Below are positions 11,091-25,268 of a stretch of DNA of 64,000 bases, one piece after another (position 1 is the first letter of the stretch; every line of letters starts with the position of its first letter). Below the pieces are notes generated by a model, which worked only from the letters and a program-made list of their open reading frames with translations, did not search any database and was not told where the DNA came from. The translations under genes and the position numbers were made by a program. Source of the DNA: Hyphochytrium catenoides (Eukaryota; Protista; Hyphochytriomycota); contig FLMG01001487.1 of NCBI GenBank assembly GCA_900088475.1, forward strand, positions 1 to 64,000. The letters run 5' to 3'.

Positions 11091-12586
11091 TGTGAATTGT
11101 ATCGCGGTAGGACTAGGACTACTGTGACGAACATGGAAACGCAAGGATTGCATTGCTGCGTCTCCCGTGCACTGTGGTTCATTCCCCTGCAAGTTCTTCG
11201 GGGTTTCCTAGCAAGCTTTTAAGAGCTGTGCAGAGCCCATTGCCTCACAGATTGAGGCACAACGCGGTACCTGCACCCGCCCATCATAATAATTGGGACT
11301 GTGCCGTAGCTTCATATTGAGAGATAGAGAGTTCATCATGGCAATGAATGCCTCTTCATGATGTTTCCATCTTATAACTACTACTCCTGCTTAGGGTTAG
11401 TATAAATATTGATGGGCTTGATGATCCCGGAGAGGTTCAAGAACGGGATGGGGGATGGGTCTACGAAGACGGTTCCAGACATTTTTAGACCAAGTGCTGC
11501 TACAGAAGAGGCAGGGGGCAGCTGATCCTGCCCTCTACACCAGCGCCTTGATCATGACAGCGGTAAATCTGAGTCTGAGTTTGGGTCTGGCGCCTGTCTC
11601 ACTACACTGTAAAAATTACTCCGTAATAAATAAGGTCCTACAGTAGCAAGATCGGCTGGTGGATTTGCTGGTCTGGAGCACCTGAGATGCTAATGTATAC
11701 TCCGGAGTATGTATTTGTCCCCTCAGCAGGTCAAGTGGAGGAATGAAATAAAAGTAGAATGGTCGCCCTTTTCTGTGAGGGGTGATGCTGGGCCAATGAA
11801 GGCCTTTAGATCGACAGCTGACCCACCTTCTAGACAAATATTTTCGAACATGCAGCTTTTGGTGCGTTGTTGATGTTCAATGAACAGTACTAAGGTTATA
11901 ACGGAGGGTGTTAGGTTGTACACGTACTGATTTAGACGGAGAAGTAGGAAAGCTTCCTGGCAATAAAGTTAGGCGTTTGTGTGGAACGGATTCCTGTATC
12001 ATAATCAGTGAACGAGGTCGAGTCGACATGTTCTATTCCCTTCCCTTCCCCTCGCCTCCTACCCCCGCAACCCCGTCTTGTCGTGGTGAGGAGTGAGGAG
12101 ACAGACGAGGAAGAGGTTACAGGAGACGGAGGAGGCGAGAGAACAAGGAACACCACCAGCGCCAGCGCCACCTTCCCTACATAGAGGAAAGAGCCTACAG
12201 CACTACTAAGAGCGAGCTGCCTGCGCTGCGTGCTGAGGAAGATCAACATCTACTTCCCTCAAGTTCCTGCTGCTGCGGGCTGAGCTGCTGGCTGCTATTG
12301 CCACTGATCTCTTTGGAGAGGGAGACGGATCGGAGAGGCAGCAACCAGGCAGAAGCCACAAACGTCTTGTTCCCCCGTTCGGCCGCCAGCACCGGTGCCA
12401 CTTTGACACTATCCTTTGTATCCCGAGATAGCCTGAGCGTCCAAGGCCCTTCTCATCCTCGATCTCTACTTCTGCTGGCTGCAAGTGACTTTCGAGAACT
12501 CACTTGAAGGGCCCTTCTTCATGATACGTGCCCCTTGGGCTGACGAAGGGTTTTCTGCATAAGGAGAGAAAGGAGACGAAGGCCAA

Positions 12587-15500
12587 ATGGCGGCCATGGA
12601 TTTTGCGAGTTTCGACGGCACGGCGTTGGAGGCCGCGACATATGATTCATCGAGTGAAAAGGATCCACTTACCGTCTACTCTGCCGTGGGAGAGAGGCTT
12701 AGCTCCAAGGCCAAGTCCAGACCACTCAGATCGCAAAGATCTGTCGCCGAGATATTGAAGGCGGCCAAGTCCTTCCGCGAGGATGGACACGGAGAGAAGC
12801 TATTATCCAATGCAGCAGGTGTTGAGGACGTGACCCTCACTCCTGAACTAGAGGATGCCATCTTCAACAGCGACTTCAGTGCAGCATCGCTGGAAGAGAT
12901 ACTGGAAAGCCTCGGCGGCCTTCAAGGGCTCGGAGAACTCGTTGCTAAAGTTGTCGAGGCTGTCCTGGGTGCCAAGTTGCCACCAATGACAGTAAGATAC
13001 TCTCACATGGGACTCAGAGCGACAATAGTCCATGGTGGTCAATCCTCTTCAGCGACACTGGGCTCTGTGGTGACTAATCTCTTCACAGGTGAGCCTCATC
13101 TATCTTTTCTCTGGTTCGTCCCGATGGGGTGAAAGCTGACGGCCGTCCAACTCCTCTTTCTTTCTTTGATCAAACGCAGGCTTCTGTCGGAAGAAAGAAC
13201 GTAGCAGTGTCGACATTATTAAGGACTGCACGGGCTACATCAAGCCAGCTTCGCTGACGCTAGTGCTCGGAAGACCGGGAAGCGGCAAGAGCTCTTTTCT
13301 CAAGCTACTGAGTGCGCAGTTGAAAGCTAAGAAGGGGATGGAGATTCTGGGCCATATTGACTATAATGGAGCCAATATTTCTGATATAGGGCCTAGTTTC
13401 CGATCATCGGTCCGCTACGTTACCCAGGTGAGAAGCTGCTGTCTGGTTACCTTTGCTCTCTTTCCTTAGCCATATCAGCTAGACTAATAACCACCCCTTG
13501 CTAGCGGGATATCCATGCCCCAACCCTAACTGTCAGCGAGACCTTTACATTTGCTCACTATTGTCTCAACGGCAAGAAGTTGAACAATGTCAAGGGTGTT
13601 GAGAGCTATCAACCGGCGCTTAAGGTAAAAACATGCCCAATATATCTTTCGATAGCTCAAGCTGTGGACTTATCAACCTCAAATTCGGACCACGACTTCT
13701 CACTCCACCTCAAACTAGGGAGAACGTAGACAGAAGGCTATCGAGTTGCTTGACGTCCTTCTGCAGAAACGACCTCAAATGATGCTAAAAGTTCTGGGGC
13801 TCGAGAAGTGCAAGGATACGATTGTGGGCAACGCCATGCTCCGCGGAGTCAGCGGTGGGGAACGCAAAAGAGTGACAACGGGAGAAGTCCTCGTCGGCAG
13901 GAACAGGGCCCTGTTTATGGACGAAATCAGTACCGGATTAGATTCCGCGGCCACCTTCGACATTGTCAAATCTCTCAAAGGTGCAGCACAGCAGTTTGGT
14001 GTCACCTTCGTTATCGCTCTCTTGCAGCCTCCTCCAGAGGTTTTCGAGCTGTTTGACGAAGTAATACTTCTCCACGAGGGTCATGTTGCCTATCATGGGC
14101 CGACCAGCACTGTCGTCCCCTACTTTGCGTCCATTGGCTATGCACCCCCTCCCCACAAAGACGTTGCAGACTTTCTTGTTGAGGTATTCTCTCCGACGGC
14201 TGTGCATTTTGTTACGCCTGAGTTCAGGGACAAGAGACTCCAGTTGCCTCGGAGTGGGGAGGAATTTGCTGCATTGTGGCAGGACTCTGCGCAGTTCAAA
14301 GAAATGGAAGAGTTTGTTGAAGCGCAATGGGTTGGAGAAAGCCCTGAATGGCTCACTAGTCAGAAGGAGTTTGAAATGGGATGGTGGGACAATTTTCTGG
14401 TGGTCTTGGCACGGCAGATGAAGCTGACAATCAGAAACAAGGTGTTCATATTCATGCGGATATTCATGGTCCTCTTTGGCGGCATCCTCTACGGAACAGT
14501 CTTCAGGGATGCAGATAAAGCTCAACCAAATATTATCATCGGTGCGCTGTTCGCGTCTTTGATGTTTGTCTCTATGGGCCAAGCCTCTCAAATTGCAACG
14601 TTCACCGAGATGCGGGGTGTGTTCTACAAGCAGAGAGCAATGAATATGATGCGCTCTTCGAACTACGTCTTCTCTGTGAGCCTTGCACAAGTGCCTTTTT
14701 CGTTCTTGGAGGCGTTAGTCTTTGGAAATATTCTCTATTGGCTGGTGGGACTAGCTGCAACATGGTACAACTATCTCTTCTTCATGCTGCTGCTGACCCT
14801 GACGAACCTGGCCTTCACTCAATATTTCTTCTTTATCTCGTGCCTCATGCCCAACCTTACGTCCATGCAGCCCGTGACGTTTGTCTCCATTCTTCTCTTT
14901 GTCCTTTTCGCTGGGTTCACAATTACCAAGACCCTTATCCCTGACGGTTGGATATGGATGTACTATATCTCTCCTGTGCAATGGGGTATCACTTCTCTTG
15001 CCCTGAACGAGTACAAAACGGACGCTTTGCAGACCTGCGTCTACAACGACAGAGACTATTGTGCGCTTTTCAACCAGAAGGCAGGAGACTTCTTCTTGCA
15101 GGTGCTGGGTTTCCCTACTGACTATTACCTGCAATGGGTGGGAGTACTCTACTTGGCTGGGTTCTTTGTGCTGTTCAGCATTTTTGCATCCGTTCTCCTG
15201 GAGAAAGTCCAGCACGCCGAGCCTGTGTCGCTCTCCAAGCCAGAGGATGACAAAGAACCAGTTCTCAAACCCAATGCCTCTGCGACTTCTTTTCACGAGA
15301 GAATGGAATCGATTCAGCAGCTAACAGAAAGCACTAGACCCAAGAGTGTAGCTTTCCAGCCAGCGATCTTGGCGTTTAGAGACCTTTGGTACACGGTAAA
15401 GGTTCCAGCGGGAAAGAACAAGACAGAAGAGTTAGATCTTCTAAAGGGCATCTCTGGGTACATGCTTCCTGGGACAATGACAGCTCTTATGGGCTCAAGT

Positions 15501-17388
15501 GGGGCAGGAAAGACTACGTTGATGGACGTGATTGCTTATAGGAAAAACACGGGAACTGTCAAGGGCGATATACTAATCAACGGGCATCCTGCAGACAACC
15601 TCACCATCCGGCGGACGACAGGCTATTGTGAGCAGATGGACATCCACTCTCCAACCACGACTGTGAGGGAGGCCCTACTTTTCAGTGCGAGACTCAGGCA
15701 GGACGCTGAGGTCTCAAATACTGCGAAGCAGCACGCAGTAGACGAGGCTATAGACCTTTTGGAACTCGAGGATATTGCAGATTTGATCGTAGGAGGCCTG
15801 TCCATTGAGCAACAGAAGCGGCTTACTATTGGTGTGGAACTCGTGGCCAATCCGTCCATTATCTTCTTAGACGAGCCGACTTCTGGACTAGACGCACGCG
15901 CTGCTAAAATTATCATGAGAGGCGTTCGAAAAATTGCAAACTCCGGTCGGACAATCATCTGTACTATCCATCAACCCAGTTCGGATGTCTTCCTCCTCTT
16001 CGATAATCTCCTGTTGCTAAAGAGAGGAGGAGAGACAGTATATTTTGGTGAGATTGGAGAGAATGGGAGGAAGTTGGTAAGCCATCTCGAAGGGATTCCT
16101 GGCACTCCCGCCATGCGCCCTGGCTACAATCCTGCCACTTACATGCTTGAAGTCATTGGCGCCGGTGTAGGCAGAGCGCAGGTGACGGATTACGCTGCGG
16201 CTTGGCGCAGCAGCCTTCCAGCTTCTTTACTTGAGGAGGAGCTCCAGCAGGAAGGAGTAGGGCTGCCCTCTACAAGGGTGGAAGCTATCAAGTATGCACG
16301 CAAGAGAGCAGCGGCGCCTGGCACACAGGTTGCGGAGATATTCCTCCGGTTTTTCCGCATGCACTGGCGCAGTCCCCACTACAACTTCGCACGTCTGGCC
16401 TTCTCTATCTTTCTGGCGATTGTCTTCCTTTCTGTCTACCGTGGGACGGACTATGGAACATATCAAGGCGCACTCTCTGGTGTCGGTATGATTTTTCTCA
16501 GTGTGCTCTTCGTGGCCATGACGATGTTCAATAGCGTCCAGCCAGTAATCTACGAGGAGAGAGCAGCCTACTACAGGGAGCGAGCAGCGCAAACCTACAA
16601 CGCTCTATGGTGGTGGATAGCCATCTTCACGACAGAGATCCCATATATCTTTGGCGTTAACCTGGTATATTGCGCGATTTTCTTCCCGTCAGTCGGCTTC
16701 ACTGGAGTTGAGAACTTCTTCATGTACTGGTTCGTTCACTCCCTCTACTGCTGGGTAATGGTCTCCTTCGCGCAACTGCTAATTGGGTTGTTGCCCAACG
16801 TGGCCTTCGCCGCTGTCTTTGGAGCGCTATATAGCATCATCCTGAACCTCTTTGCGGGCTTCAACCCGCCTACGGGTGACATCCCTTCCTATTGGCGGTG
16901 GTTCACAACCATAGTTCCTTCAAGCTACGGACTCTCAGGACTGCTGTCAGTTACCTTAGCGTACTGTTCAGGACAGGGAGGGTCGGAGCCTGGCTGTCAG
17001 CTGATATGTGATGAATCCATGGTTCAGAGCAACGCATGCAGTGCCCCCGCTTTGGAGATTGACGGAAAGATGACTTACGTATATACTCTAGAGCAACTCA
17101 TGGACATCTCGTATGATGTGACCTATGATGACAGGTAGGCCCATAACTGCGTTGACTGTAATGCTGCTTTGTCTATTCTCTTAAACTTACAAGTGTAAAG
17201 AGTGGCTTTGATTCACCTCCTCTACTCTTGCTCTCGGAGCTTAGTTGCTATCCGTTACTTCAACTCTGTGCTAACTGTCTTCCGTTTGCTCCAGGTGGAC
17301 CTACATCGCTGGTCTCCTAGTGATCCTAGCCATCTATGGAGTCTTATCGGTCGCCAGCTTTAGGTTCATTAACTGGACTGTCAGATAG
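12587..17388 (+). CDS. Full-size ABCG / pleiotropic drug resistance (PDR) transporter
   Basis: NBD1 GRPGSGKS, VSGGERKRV, FMDEISTGLD; TMD1; NBD2 GSSGAGKTT, LSIEQQKRL, FLDEPTSGLD, TIHQPS; TMD2. Exons 12587-13088, 13180-13427, 13505-13624, 13719-17134 and 17295-17388. Confidence 0.96.
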
Positions 17389-18499
17389 ACCAGCCATGGA
17401 CGCTCCTTAGGACATGAGAAAGTGTTTGCATTTATTTCGTTCTTATACTCTTTCTAGAGGGGCGCAGAAGCGGCGCCAGAAAGTTCAGCGTGGCCATGAG
17501 AATACTCGCGTGATAGACGGTATATCTAGAGTTAGGGGGAACGCGGAGCAAATGACTTAAGGTTCGGATCACCTCTTGGCGAAAGGGTGGCCAAGAAAGG
17601 AGTTACCAGGTGCTCGAGGCCCAGCCGCGCAGTAAAGCAATAGTTACCATCAAGAAATGAAGCGTTTCAAGAGTTGTTACCACTTATTTCAATAAAAAAA
17701 AGCTAGCATCTTGCATCTTTGTAGGGGCCATAGAAAAAGTGCCAATATTAGCCTCATCAACCGGGAATGAACCCATTCAGCTCGGGCCCTGTAGTTCCTG
17801 GGAAGATCTATCTCAACCTCGATGTTCTATCTTTTTCCTTTTCAGAGAACGGACTAGATCTGTGCGGAGTTGCCAAGGATGAAAAGCAAGCATTCTATTG
17901 CCACCATAAGGTCCAAACACCTCAGACTTGATTAGTGATGGTTCGGCTGGCCTGTAGCCGGTAGAGCGCAGTGAAGGCAAGCCTTTCCAGAGATAAGATC
18001 TCCTAAGCACCGAGCGAAAGCAAACATGAAGATAGTTAAGGAGTGACAGGACTCTTGTTCCCTATCGCTACTCGTACAACTGTGATGAAGCAACATCTTT
18101 GCAAGAAGAGATCCCCACCCCGAATGTCATATCACTTGGGCCCGCAAGCCCTGATCGAGCTCCAGAATGGCAGCAGTAGGCCGTCTGTCAGTGGCAGGAT
18201 GCCACCAGAGGGAGGCCAAGCACTAACCAACGTCAACCTCGCTCAAGAGCTCACTCTAATCGCCTAACCCTCCCGCAGTGTAAGATTGGGCTTTCCTGGT
18301 AATAAGGCCAAGGGCAAAAGAAAATCAATAAGAAGAACAACACAAAATGCGATGTTGAAGGTTAAAGAGTTACCGAATCTAACATCCGTTTCCGAGCTTT
18401 GTATCATTGTACAGATGTCCACCAGGAGAGTTTGGATTAGGAATAACACCCTGTGTCATGCGGGTTCTGGGCGTTCGTTACACGCCTGAGTTCCTGTCA

Positions 18500-18875
18500 G
18501 CCCTTGCTCCTCCTCCTCCTCCTTGCTGTCCTTCGTCCCTGCTATTAGACCTCTTCATCCACCTTGGGTCTCTATGATCTATCCTCTCTCTTCATCCGCT
18601 TCTCCTCGGGCTCTCCTCGCTCTCCTTTCAGCTCTCTCTTTCCCTCTCCTTCTCTCTCTCTCTCTCCTCCTCGTACCGTGTCGGTGGTTCTTTCCTCCTC
18701 TCTGTCTCTCTGTCTCTCTCTGCTTTTTGCTTTGTCTCTCTGTTTATCTTCTCATCTCTCATCTCTCATCTCTCTCTGTTGGTCTGTTTTGGTCTTTAGT
18801 TTATCCCATTGGTTCACCCACAGGTCCTTCCGGCTCTCTGTATCTCTTTGCAAGTTGCCGTCTACTTTCTTTCTC
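18500..18875. repeat. Degenerate CT-rich microsatellite / low-complexity region
   Basis: Runs of CTC, TCTC and TCTG; pyrimidine-rich on the + strand. Confidence 0.85.
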
Positions 18876-19222
18876 AGAGCGGCCACTTTATGCCTCGTTA
18901 TTGCAAAAGCGAGTGAGTGCTCTGGCATCATCCGTCGAACTGGACCACCAGACAGCGCTCGCTTGTCATCCAGCGCAACCTGAACAGCAGGAGCGTAGCC
19001 TACTTATAAGAGAAAAGGGGATTGAAAAAGTAAAGCAACTAGTGGGTCACGCCAGCAATATAACCGTGACTATCCCATTTCGCCCCCTCGATGGTCCCTC
19101 TCAGTTCGTCGCCCTAGCCTGAACCCCTTTACCGTCGTCAATGATCTCAAGTCTCCACGCCCGCAGCCTGAGAAAGACGGAGGTTGCATTAATAGTATAC
19201 TTGCTTTAAAGTAGAGCGCAAG

Positions 19223-22200
19223 ATGACGGTAAGCTGACTGCCTGCAGGAAATTGCACCTCTTCTGTTCCCTCTTCCATTTTTGAACCCCTCCCTTCACTG
19301 TTGAGCCATCCATGGCTAAGACTGAGCTCTACAGGACGCCTCTGCTGCCCAGGAAGAGGGCAATGGAGCCGCAGGGCCAGACGAGCTTGGAATGGACACT
19401 TCCCTCTTTGAGGAACTGGAGAAGGACTTTGCTCAGGTGAAGCTCCACCACTGCTTAAGACCGCCCTTCTTCCGACTGCAAGACCTGTTCTTACACTACC
19501 TTTTACCTTGTGGTGTATAAGTAAATAGCTCATCTCCAACATTCTGTACTTCTAAAGGTTTGCTGCAGACAGCACTATGATATAGTGCTGAAGTAGACTG
19601 TCCTACATTCTTACTTAGCCTCTCTGCAACCCACCAGCCAACATCTTTCATCCAACCTCACAGCTTGTAGCTCTTTACTTACACTCTCCGCCACCTTCCG
19701 GCTCTTCGCTGTATATGTCCTCGTTCTAATTACTTGGATGTTTGAACAATCAGGTTCTTAAGGAATTGGCTGGCAATCCCGGGCTGGAGAAGTTCAAGGG
19801 CGAGTATGAGAAGCTCCACTCTGCTCTGGCGCGGTCCCATGACCAAGAAAAGAAGCTGATAAAGAAGTGCCGAGACCTAAACACAGAGATTTTGAATAAC
19901 TCTTCGAAAGTTCAGACAGCGTTAAAGCTGAGCCAGGAGGATCAGAACACAATCAGCTCTCTGAAGCGCGAGATTGAAAAAGCATGGAAAATGGTCGATG
20001 CCGCCCATGACAAGGAGGTGCGTTGAAAGTAGAGTGACAGCTAGGTAGATCTGAAGGCGAGAGCACCGCTTTTCCTTGGCTAGAGCCTTTTTATATTTCT
20101 CTCTTTCTTGTCCCCGGTTTCTTTCTCTATCGTTTCCTCTATTCGTCGTCCGGTGCTCTGTTTAGATCATTTGGTTCTTATCCCGCAATGGCTATGATGG
20201 TATGGTGCTTTCATCGCCCTAATCTCTCTCTAACCTCGCTGTGTACAGCTAAAAGCAAAGGAGACAATTAGCCAGTTGAAGGACGAGATTGCCAACCTCT
20301 CTCGATTAGTAGAGCAAGGAGCGGGCCTTAGTGAGGACCAAGAGGCTATGGTCAAAGCCGTAAGAAGCCCTTTCTCCCTTTAGTGTCCTCCTTCCGGTCC
20401 TCTTCGCTATCTATCTTCTTCCCTTGCTTGAGGAGTTCAGAGACTGCCGATGACTGCTCAGCCCATATTGTGCTCGCTCCCGCAGGTTCACACTCTAAGG
20501 GAAGAGTTAGCGGTTGCAACGAAGGAAAGCGAAGATACACGGAAGAAGAATGACGCTATGGTAAGATTCTGCATATATTCTGTCTTAGCGCTGTCGAAAG
20601 AGCTTCGATGTGGGATGCTGGAAATAAAACCCAGATAAGGGAGAAAGAAGGGGAGACGGAACGAGAGATATAACGAAGAAAGAGGCATTGAGGAGGGAGT
20701 AATGGGTGTATCCCTGAACTCCTCGGAAGCTTCTGTCAATGACCTGAATATCAATCCTCTGTGCTCAGGTACGCGAGTTGCAGCAACACATTGCGTCACA
20801 AGATGCACAACTGAAGGAGAGAGAAGTAGAAAAGACGAAGCTACAAGAGGATCTGAACCACAGAAAGGTGCATGGCACAGCACATGTTCCTTTGCTTTCC
20901 TCGAGACAAGTCTCATCAATGCTTCTCATGATTCTGTGCAGCTGGATAGTGAAAGAGAGCTGAGACGGCGGGAACGAGTTGAAAAGGAGCTTCGTGACCT
21001 GACCAAATCGCTTCAGCAGCAAGTAAGTGGACCGATACGCGACATATGGTTCAGGAGATGTTCTTTATCGGACCCCTATTTCCGTCTGTCCTTGCGCTTC
21101 AACGGCCGTCTCTTCTAAACCCCATTCTTGATCCCTATGTCTCCCCTATGTCTCCCCTAGGCAACACAGTGCAGCGAATACAAGCAGAAGTACGAAGAGG
21201 CTGTGTCAACAAAGTCAGAGTTGGAGGCTGCTATGAAGGAGTCTACCGGTAGCGTTATCCCTCGCCGTGTATGAGCACCAGGCAGAATGTAACAAGCTCC
21301 CTCTACAGCCATTCAAGAGAGACTGCAGCGGGAGCACGACAACGTACATAAGCGCGCTGAGCTATTGGCATCCGAGCTTGAGAGCCGGGTAGGTGGAGTA
21401 GACGAGTTCACAGAGTGAAGTGCCGAGGCACTAACTTCTTCCATCGCGCTTTCAGGCTCAAGTGATCAATAGTCTGCACGCCCAGAAGTTTCAGCTAGAG
21501 AGTGACCTCAAGGTAAATCCTGCTGTACCAAATCAGTACCCAGTTCCGGCAGACTAAAGAATAAGATGTTACCACTAGTTGTGACGGCTGTACGTGGGAC
21601 ATCAGAGTCTGGTGTTTGTTTGAATGACGGTCAAGGATATGACATAGTGCTAGCTGGTGGCACCTTGAGCCCTGCGCATTGGAAGTTGCCCCATTTGACG
21701 GACTAATCCCTACCTATTTCCCCCCGGTCCCCCATAGCTGCGGCAGTCAGAAATTAGTAAGCTCAAAGTTGACAAAGGGATAGCCGAAAGAAAGATCGAG
21801 AAGTAAGCAACTGACGCTGGTAGTTACATCGTTCCTCGCGATTGTACTTACCTCTGGTCTCCCTTCTCTCTTTTCCGTCAGGGAGAAGCAGAATACGCGT
21901 AAGGTTGAGGAACTGGTGGAGAATGAGAAGACTAACAAACAGAGTTTGATTGCTGAAGTCACCAGTCTTCAAAAAGAGATTGACAGGTCACGTCTTTGAT
22001 GCTGTCCTAAGAGCTTCCCTTACTGAACAGCATGTACATTATGTAGGGAGAGGAAGATAGAGACAGAACAACAGAAAGAGATATCTCTGCTGGAAAGAGA
22101 GAGGGAGATTCAAGTGCGAAAGGCTCAGACAGCAGAGGATAAGACAAAGCTCGCAGTGGATGAAGGTAACAGCGTCACTGAGATTACAAGCATGTTGCAC

Positions 22201-24947
22201 AGCCTCCTTAGCACCCTCTTCCCTGCTCGATTTTCATGCCGTGATATCCTGCTTCAGTTAAGGAGCATGAGCGTATCGTCAAGAATCTAGAGGCCGAGCT
22301 GGATGCCTTTAAGCGGGAAGCAAGCAAGCAGCGGAAGTTAATTTATCAACTAGAGAAAGACAGAGAGAAGAGCGGGTTGGAAGCTACAGAGCAGGCACAG
22401 CTCTACTCTGAGACGGTCGAGTTACTCAAGCTCAAAGAACTCAAAATAAGCGAGCTGAACTCAAAGGTTTGAATCCAAGAGGCATCCCACTTAGATGTTC
22501 TGCTTCCGTCTATTGTCCTACCCTTTGACCTGGTTTCTCTCCTGTTGGTCTCTTCCATGTTCGCTTCAACGCAATAATGCCCAACTTCTCTTCTCACTCA
22601 CCTCTGACCATGGTTTTGACTGACAGCTGGCCGAGGCAGATGCCAAAATGAAGCAGCAGCAGCAGCTGTATGAGCAAGTACGAGGAGACAGAAATGTCTA
22701 CAGCAAGAACCTTGTGGAAGCACAAGGTGAAGAAAGCTTTCCTTTTGCCATCCGTCTGCTCCATGCGTATGATGATTCTCTACCTTCCTCTCCTTACTCT
22801 TTACGAAGTCCAAAGTAACTCTCTTTGACAAGGTTTTAACCTCTATCTTTGTCTTCATTCATGCAGATGAAATTCAGGAATTGAAAAAGAAGATCAAAAT
22901 CATGAACCATCAAATAGAGCAACTCAAGGACGAGATTGTCGTCAAGGACAACGCGCTTGTAAAAGAGCGCTTTGACCATCAGAAGGTAGTGATCAAGCCG
23001 AAACCTTTGGTCGGGTAAAGGAGTGACAGACACCAACGGGACATATTATTCAGGGCACTAGCTCGCTTTAATAGGCTGCCAAAGAATAAGGGGTGGGAGT
23101 GTGAAAGAGAGATTTAGACGAGAGAGTAAGCAGAAGGACCGTAGAGAAAGCAGATACAAGAGGCAGAGGAGGTTGAAAGGGAAGGGGCCAACGAGGAAGA
23201 CAATTGTAAGGAATGACTGGAGAAGGTCCATCGGATGCGAAGACCATCTAAGCGTTTATATTTTGGGCTCCCTTTCGACTCCTCATCATCCTGCATAAAT
23301 CAGGTGGAGAAGCAGCGTGAACAGACAGCTCATGAGCTTGAGTCGGTGCGAAAGTTGCTCTCTGTCTCTGACGGAGCTGTGATGGAGCAAGACGCCGAGC
23401 TGAAACTTCTGAACAACCGTCTTCGGCGTCTGGAGGATGAACTTGTTTCCCAAAAGAAGGCATACGATCAGGTGCTGAGCGAAAGGGATCTCCTGGCTTC
23501 ACAGCTGATCAGGAGAAACGATGAGCTGGCTCTTCTCTATGAAAAGCTGCGACTGCACCAGAGCTTATTGAAGAAAGGCGAGTACCAGTATCAGGAGAGG
23601 CTGAATGATGTGCGAGTGCTCAAGATCAAGGTGATGGAGCTCACTAGAGACGTGGTCCTTTATAGGAACCAGGTAGGAAAGGACAGACCTTTCTCTGCCG
23701 GCGCGGCTCTTCATACATGGCCGTCTTGCTACTATTCTCCTGTTTCGCCTTCGAAAGCAAGCTTTGAGACCTTTTCTCCTGCTTCATGAGGCCAAGACAT
23801 TCGTCTAACTTATGTCACCTGCCTTCTCTCGGTCATTCAGCATGGTGGCACTGAGGAGTATAAACGAGAGATAGTACGTTTACAACGAGAGCTGACGGAG
23901 GAGAAGACGAAGGTAAGCGTACCACCCTACTAATTAGTAAGCTCAGCTAGGACAAGGGGGATTGTAGAGGTGGCAAGAAGAAAGGGTCGCATGCTTGAAG
24001 TGAAGGCCATGAGGACGAATAGATACGGAGAAGGTCATGGGTAGGATAGGCTTGGTCAAGGTGTAGTCTGCTATGTCCTAAGTTATATCTATAGGTGAAA
24101 GCTCTATCGGATGAGATGGAGAACCCCTTAAACGTACATCGTTGGCGCAAGTTGGAAGGCAGTGATCCAGCTACGTACGAGCTAATCCAGAAAGTGCAGA
24201 CATTGCAGCGACGACTCATTCAAAAGACGGAGGAGGTAAGAGGTGGAAAGGATGAATGTTACGGATGAAGAGCGAACGGTGAGGGTGTAAAAGCGGTGGG
24301 AGACAGAGGATCACGCCTCTGTGACACCACTTGTCTACCAAAGCGCCCAATCTCCCCGAAGCAGCAAACCGCCTTATTGAGAAGCCCCCGATGATCGTCT
24401 CGTCACTCTTCACTAAACCTTTTCCTGCTCTCCGTTGTTCAGGTGGTAGAGAAGGAGCTCCTTTTGCAAGAAAAACAGAAGATGTATACAGAGCTCAAGG
24501 CGATCCTCGCTCGGCAACCCGGCCCAGAGATCGCTGAGCAGCTGACCGCCTCCCAACAGCAACTGAAGGAAAGAACCAGGCAGATGAAGGCGATGGTCTC
24601 GGAGCTGAACATGGCGCAGGTTTTTAGCCTAGCTCTCTCCGTCTCACACTTATCCGCGTTACTTCTCCTCTTCTTGTCTCTCTTGTCAGCTGCTAAATGT
24701 TCCTTCCCCGTTACGTATACTTCTTCAGGCCCAAGTTGGAGAGTACAAGTTTGAGAATGAGCGTCTGCAGCAGGAGCTCAAGGAAGAAAAGCGAAAGTTT
24801 TATGAACAGAAGAGCAAGGTGAAGCTGCTAAAGGTGCAGGCCCAACCGCGTAGCAGGCAACAGCCTTTGAAGGAGGAGGAGGAGCAGGAGCCTCAACTAG
24901 CAGGAAACAAGTTTGTAGGAGGGGGATTCAGCCTCAAGCACGCCTAA
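19223..24947 (+). CDS. CFAP58: Cilia- and flagella-associated protein 58 (CCDC147 family), about 20 exons
   Basis: FEELEKDFAQ|VLKEL...LEKFKGEYEKLH...KVQTALKLSQED...IEKAWKMVD, ERDLLASQLIRRNDELALLYEK, MENPLNVHRWRKLEGSDP, ILARQPGPE and C-terminal FVGGGFSL. I traced the junctions as in-frame GT-AG; the first micro-exon is ATG-ACG at 19223-19228. Confidence 0.92.
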
Positions 24948-25268
24948 TAATGGAAGAAGTTCTCTCTTATTTGCCCTTCAAACCTATTGCTGTGCTTGCT
25001 ACGAAAGCGGCTCTCTAGTTCCCAAGCTCTCCTCTATATATGAAGTGAGATCCCTCTTCGTTCTAAGAATGAGTGGTATGAAAGCATGATAAGAAGGCCC
25101 ATAGCTCACTTTCTATTGATCGCATCGCCGAGATATAGAAGCACACTAATATGGCCGGAAAAAGAACTAATAGGAACTAAAGGGCAGGAGACGGGAGACA
25201 GACCTCACGGTTTCTCTCTCCTACCAAACCCTGACTAACTTGCTCGCGCGACCAGCAGATCCTTCGGC

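Noticed and set aside
13775-16592. Long antisense and alternate-frame ORFs over the PDR gene (up to 250 aa)
   Set aside because: Shadow ORFs from codon bias of the real strand, with no recognisable motifs.
17555-17600. GGTTCGGATC plus hairpin, possible tRNA T-loop (also near 28104)
   Set aside because: No cloverleaf, D-arm or acceptor stem can be built.
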